Source: a virus (lineage: Duplodnaviria; Caudoviricetes). From it: 47,199 nucleotides of DNA. Under the pieces are notes generated by a model, which did no database searches, was not told where the DNA came from, and worked only from the letters and a program-made list of their open reading frames with translations. Numbering within the stretch: position 1 is the stretch's first letter; each line of letters begins with the position of its first letter. This document shows positions 44,717-47,199 of this stretch, piece after piece. Both the position numbers and the translations under genes were made by a program. The stretch lies in the IMG/VR virus record IMGVR_UViG_3300017774_002618, positions 1-47,199 of that record; one strand, 5' to 3'.

Positions 44717-45540
44717 CATTTGCGCAGGCGGCGATCATGTATCTCAATGCCGAGAAGCCCGACCGGTTCATCTCGCGTGTCGCAGCATACTGGAAAAATA
44801 CGCCAGTGCGCAACATCAAGAGTGGAGCAATCCGCCAATCTGCCATCGTGCTGCACCCTAAAGCATCGGGCGCCACGCGCAATCGTCAAGTCATCGTGCC
44901 GACGCAGGCCATCATCAATTTCGCGGCGAGCCTCGATCTATGCGGGCAAATGAAGGTCAGCCGGTTTCCAGTGGTGACCGTCGAAAAGGAACCCGCGACA
45001 TGGGAGTGGGTGCAAGCCTTCATGGCCGTAGCCTCGCCACACCTTGGCGCCCTGGCCTGCTTCATGTTCCTGACAGGCGCGCGAGTCTCGGAAGCCCTTG
45101 CCGTTCGCTGGTCTGATATCGACCTCGCATCCCGGCGCGCGCTCATCAAGCAGACGAAGATCGGGGCAGAGCGCCGCGCCCATCTGCCGCCTGCGCTCGT
45201 GGCCGCAATCGCTAACATCCCGAGCAACCGTGAACCAGGGGCGAAGGTGTTCAAATACTCGTCACGCGACACGGCAAAGCCGTTGTGGCGGGCGGCAATC
45301 AAGCGGGCTGGGATCAAGCCTCTGTCCTACCATGCGTGCCGTCACGGCTTTGCGACGGCCATGCTGCATGCGGGCGTCGACCCGATCACGGTAGCGAAGC
45401 TGGGGGGATGGAAGGACGCCAAACACGTCTTCTCGACCTATGGCCATGCGATGCACGATGACACGCTGGCAGACCGAATTGGCACGCGGATTGGCACAGT
45501 GGAAAATATTATTGTTGAAAAACAGTCCGTTAAGGGGTAA
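44542..45540 (+). CDS. int: Tyrosine integrase
   Basis: TGARVSEAL, HACRHGFAT, KLGGW, STYGH; N-terminal arm-binding-like KRGEIWHYRG. Confidence 0.95.
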   Translation: MSLKHFKRGEIWHYRGTVAKRRLRGSTGHADKEKALQFIAKIEHDARNRHPDGKQETLTFAQAAIMYLNAEKPDRFISRVAAYWKNTPVRNIKSGAIRQSAIVLHPKASGATRNRQVIVPTQAIINFAASLDLCGQMKVSRFPVVTVEKEPATWEWVQAFMAVASPHLGALACFMFLTGARVSEALAVRWSDIDLASRRALIKQTKIGAERRAHLPPALVAAIANIPSNREPGAKVFKYSSRDTAKPLWRAAIKRAGIKPLSYHACRHGFATAMLHAGVDPITVAKLGGWKDAKHVFSTYGHAMHDDTLADRIGTRIGTVENIIVEKQSVKG

Positions 45541-45708
45541 TGTAGTCTTCCCTCGTTGGGGAGGGGTGGCCCGTTTCGGGAACTACTGGAAAGCGCGGAA
45601 ATGCGCAAGAGGCTTCAATGAATTGCGGCGCGAACTCGTCGGATCGTGCGCCAGAAATCAGGAACGAGTCACGAACGAGATTGATCGTGTGACACAAAAG
45701 TTGACACA
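45479..45708. other. Putative attP region
   Basis: Paired direct repeats TTGGCAC (45479, 45491) and TGACACA (45690, 45702), both with 12-bp period, flanking the non-coding gap after int. Confidence 0.6.
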
Positions 45709-45740
45709 GCATGTTCGACAGACGTTCTTGGGAGATTGGA

Positions 45741-45959
45741 ATGGCGACGCTGACAAACGCACAAATCTTCGCCCTGGTGGATCTTCGCGACTACGGCAAG
45801 GGCCACGCATCTGCATTGGCTCTCGGCAGGCAGGTCGTCGTTTTCCGCAACCTATGCAGGTTGGGTCTTGTAGAGTGCACCGGCGGTTCTGGACAGCACG
45901 CAGTTTGGCAAATCACAGACGCGGGCCGTGACAGGCTCCGCGCTATCGAAGAGGAATAG
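45741..45959 (+). CDS. Small winged-helix-like protein
   Basis: GGAG RBS; L.RLGLVE......WQIT.AGR..L. Confidence 0.65.
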   Translation: MATLTNAQIFALVDLRDYGKGHASALALGRQVVVFRNLCRLGLVECTGGSGQHAVWQITDAGRDRLRAIEEE

Positions 45960-45964
45960 GCCCC

Positions 45965-46129
45965 ATGCCCTACATCTACCGATGGGATCGCCAAGGCCGG
46001 AAGGGCCAGCCCTGCAATGTCATGGCGCGCGGCAAGTTCAACAGCATCCGCGTCGAGTTCGCGGACGGCTATGTGATGATCACCAGCGGGAATGCGATCA
46101 GGAAAAACAAGGAGGCACGGACGCTATGA
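45965..46129 (+). CDS. Hypothetical protein (54 aa, MPYIYRWDRQGRKGQPC...)
   Basis: Translated by hand; fills the gap; ATGA overlap. Confidence 0.65.
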   Translation: MPYIYRWDRQGRKGQPCNVMARGKFNSIRVEFADGYVMITSGNAIRKNKEARTL

Positions 46130-46365
46130 ACGATCGCACGGAAACGGATCGGCTATGGCAAGAAGTCCTCGCTGCGAATGCGAGGGTTGAGAAAGCCATT
46201 GCAGCGCGCGAAGCCATGGAGCGCCTTCATGCGCCGATACGAGCGGAGATCGCCAGACAGCGCGCTGGCCTTCGCCGGGATTTCGAGACGGCGATGACGA
46301 TGGCATGTCTCAGCATTTTCGCCGGACCCGTTATCTTGGTCCTCGCTGCTTTGTTCGGCAAATAG
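46126..46365 (+). CDS. Hypothetical membrane protein
   Basis: AAGGAGG RBS; C-terminal TM. Confidence 0.7.
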   Translation: MNDRTETDRLWQEVLAANARVEKAIAAREAMERLHAPIRAEIARQRAGLRRDFETAMTMACLSIFAGPVILVLAALFGK

Positions 46366-46374
46366 GAGGCTAGC

Positions 46375-46653
46375 ATGACGTGGCGAGACAGCGCCGACAG
46401 ACTGATTGCCGAGATCGACAAGGCGCTAACAGTCGCCGCCGATATCAAGACCCGCAAGACAGCGCTCCGGGAGAACGCATGGCGGTTTCACGGCGGCACG
46501 TCATGGGGCAAGAAGGTCTGGAGCAAGGCGACACGCGCCTATCTCGGCAAGTTCGTGAAGGCTGACAGTGCCGTGCCGGTCAAGCACCTTTCGCCTCTGG
46601 AGCGATTGATGGCGAAGTCGGCTCGCAAGGCGGATGTTCTAGGAGAGAGATGA
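46375..46653 (+). CDS. Hypothetical protein
   Basis: AGGAGG RBS. Confidence 0.75.
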   Translation: MTWRDSADRLIAEIDKALTVAADIKTRKTALRENAWRFHGGTSWGKKVWSKATRAYLGKFVKADSAVPVKHLSPLERLMAKSARKADVLGER

Positions 46654-46982
46654 TGGCACGTCCAAAACTGGGTAGAGGCGAGACCGAGCGGCTCCACATG
46701 GTTATTACCGCTGACGAACTCCGAGAGATTGAGAACTGGCGGCGTGTATGCGGGATCGCCAGCAAGTCAGCAGCCATTCGCATGTTGGTGCAGATCGGGT
46801 TGAAAGCCGAGGCCGCTATTGATGATCCGGAAGTGCTGGACAGGGTGGCAGCAGCGTCCCGTAAGGCAGTAGAGGACACCGTGCATCTGGAGCGTTCAGT
46901 CTCTTTCGAGGAGACATCCCACCTTGTCGCGCGAGCGGTGGTGGCATCGATGCGCACATCGCCCGCTAGGAGATCACCATGA
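46650..46982 (+). CDS. Ribbon-helix-helix-like DNA-binding protein
   Basis: TERLHMVIT.DEL..IENWR...GIASKSAAIRMLV..GL. Confidence 0.7.
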   Translation: MMARPKLGRGETERLHMVITADELREIENWRRVCGIASKSAAIRMLVQIGLKAEAAIDDPEVLDRVAAASRKAVEDTVHLERSVSFEETSHLVARAVVASMRTSPARRSP

Positions 46983-47199
46983 GCGAGATGACTACACTGA
47001 ATGAGGCAATGGAAAATGTCGCATCGATGATCTATCTCTGGAAAAGAGGTCACAATCTACGGATGGGGCCTCAGGATGCGACTAGGCGGCTTTCCCGTTT
47101 GGATGACGCGCTGTTTGAACTCTCTCTGCTCATCCCAAATGAGTATCTGTCGCCAGCGGCCCCCTTGCCGGAAACCGGGGTCTACGCTCATGCGGTCAA
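46979..47199 (+). CDS. Hypothetical protein spanning the circular junction (continues to the stop at 182-184)
   Basis: MSEMTTLNEAMENVASMIYLWKRG...HRETTP; ATGA overlaps at both ends once the ends are joined. Confidence 0.75.
   Translation, partial: MSEMTTLNEAMENVASMIYLWKRGHNLRMGPQDATRRLSRLDDALFELSLLIPNEYLSPAAPLPETGVYAHAV
47077..47199. repeat. Terminal direct repeat, right copy
   Basis: Identical to 1-123. Confidence 0.97.

Noticed and set aside
45541-45740. tRNA gene or tRNA-derived att core
   Set aside because: No GTTCGA T-loop in a cloverleaf context or CCA end recognisable on either strand
1-47199. CRISPR array, phage RNA/DNA polymerase, genome-wide stop-codon reassignment
   Set aside because: No regularly spaced repeats or polymerase motifs; genes tile densely under the standard code with all three stop codons in use

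Overview
The window looks like a complete, circularly assembled temperate phage genome of about 47,076 bp. Bases 1-123 are repeated exactly at 47077-47199, and one gene reads straight through the junction. The host is probably an alphaproteobacterium (Rhizobiales-like), inferred from a GcrA homolog and the gene content. The minus strand carries the late operon: terminases, T7/BPP-1-type portal, scaffold, SPP1 gp13-like major capsid, adaptor, nozzle, three ejection proteins, a beta-helix tailspike, a GH19-like endolysin, holin-like genes and a metallophosphoesterase. It also carries the Cro/PR early operon: two ParB-like proteins, two T5orf172/GIY-YIG proteins, a DNA methyltransferase, RusA and GcrA. 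The plus strand carries cI, the PL early operon (Gp157, SSB-like, NinB-like, DUF968, xis, tyrosine integrase, probable attP) and a block of small genes. The most unusual signals are: (1) an apparently split replication initiator, with the HTH half plus an iteron origin inside the immunity region and the C-terminal half about 8 kb away; (2) three intergenic structured elements that share the closing helix UGCGAGGC...CUCGCA; (3) a self-contained promoter, Gly-rich repeat peptide and structured RNA unit; (4) a tandemly duplicated head-tail adaptor; (5) a membrane-protein reading frame with no start codon, in frame behind the UGA of the largest ejection protein. All family calls come from recognising motifs by eye; no searches or folding programs were run.
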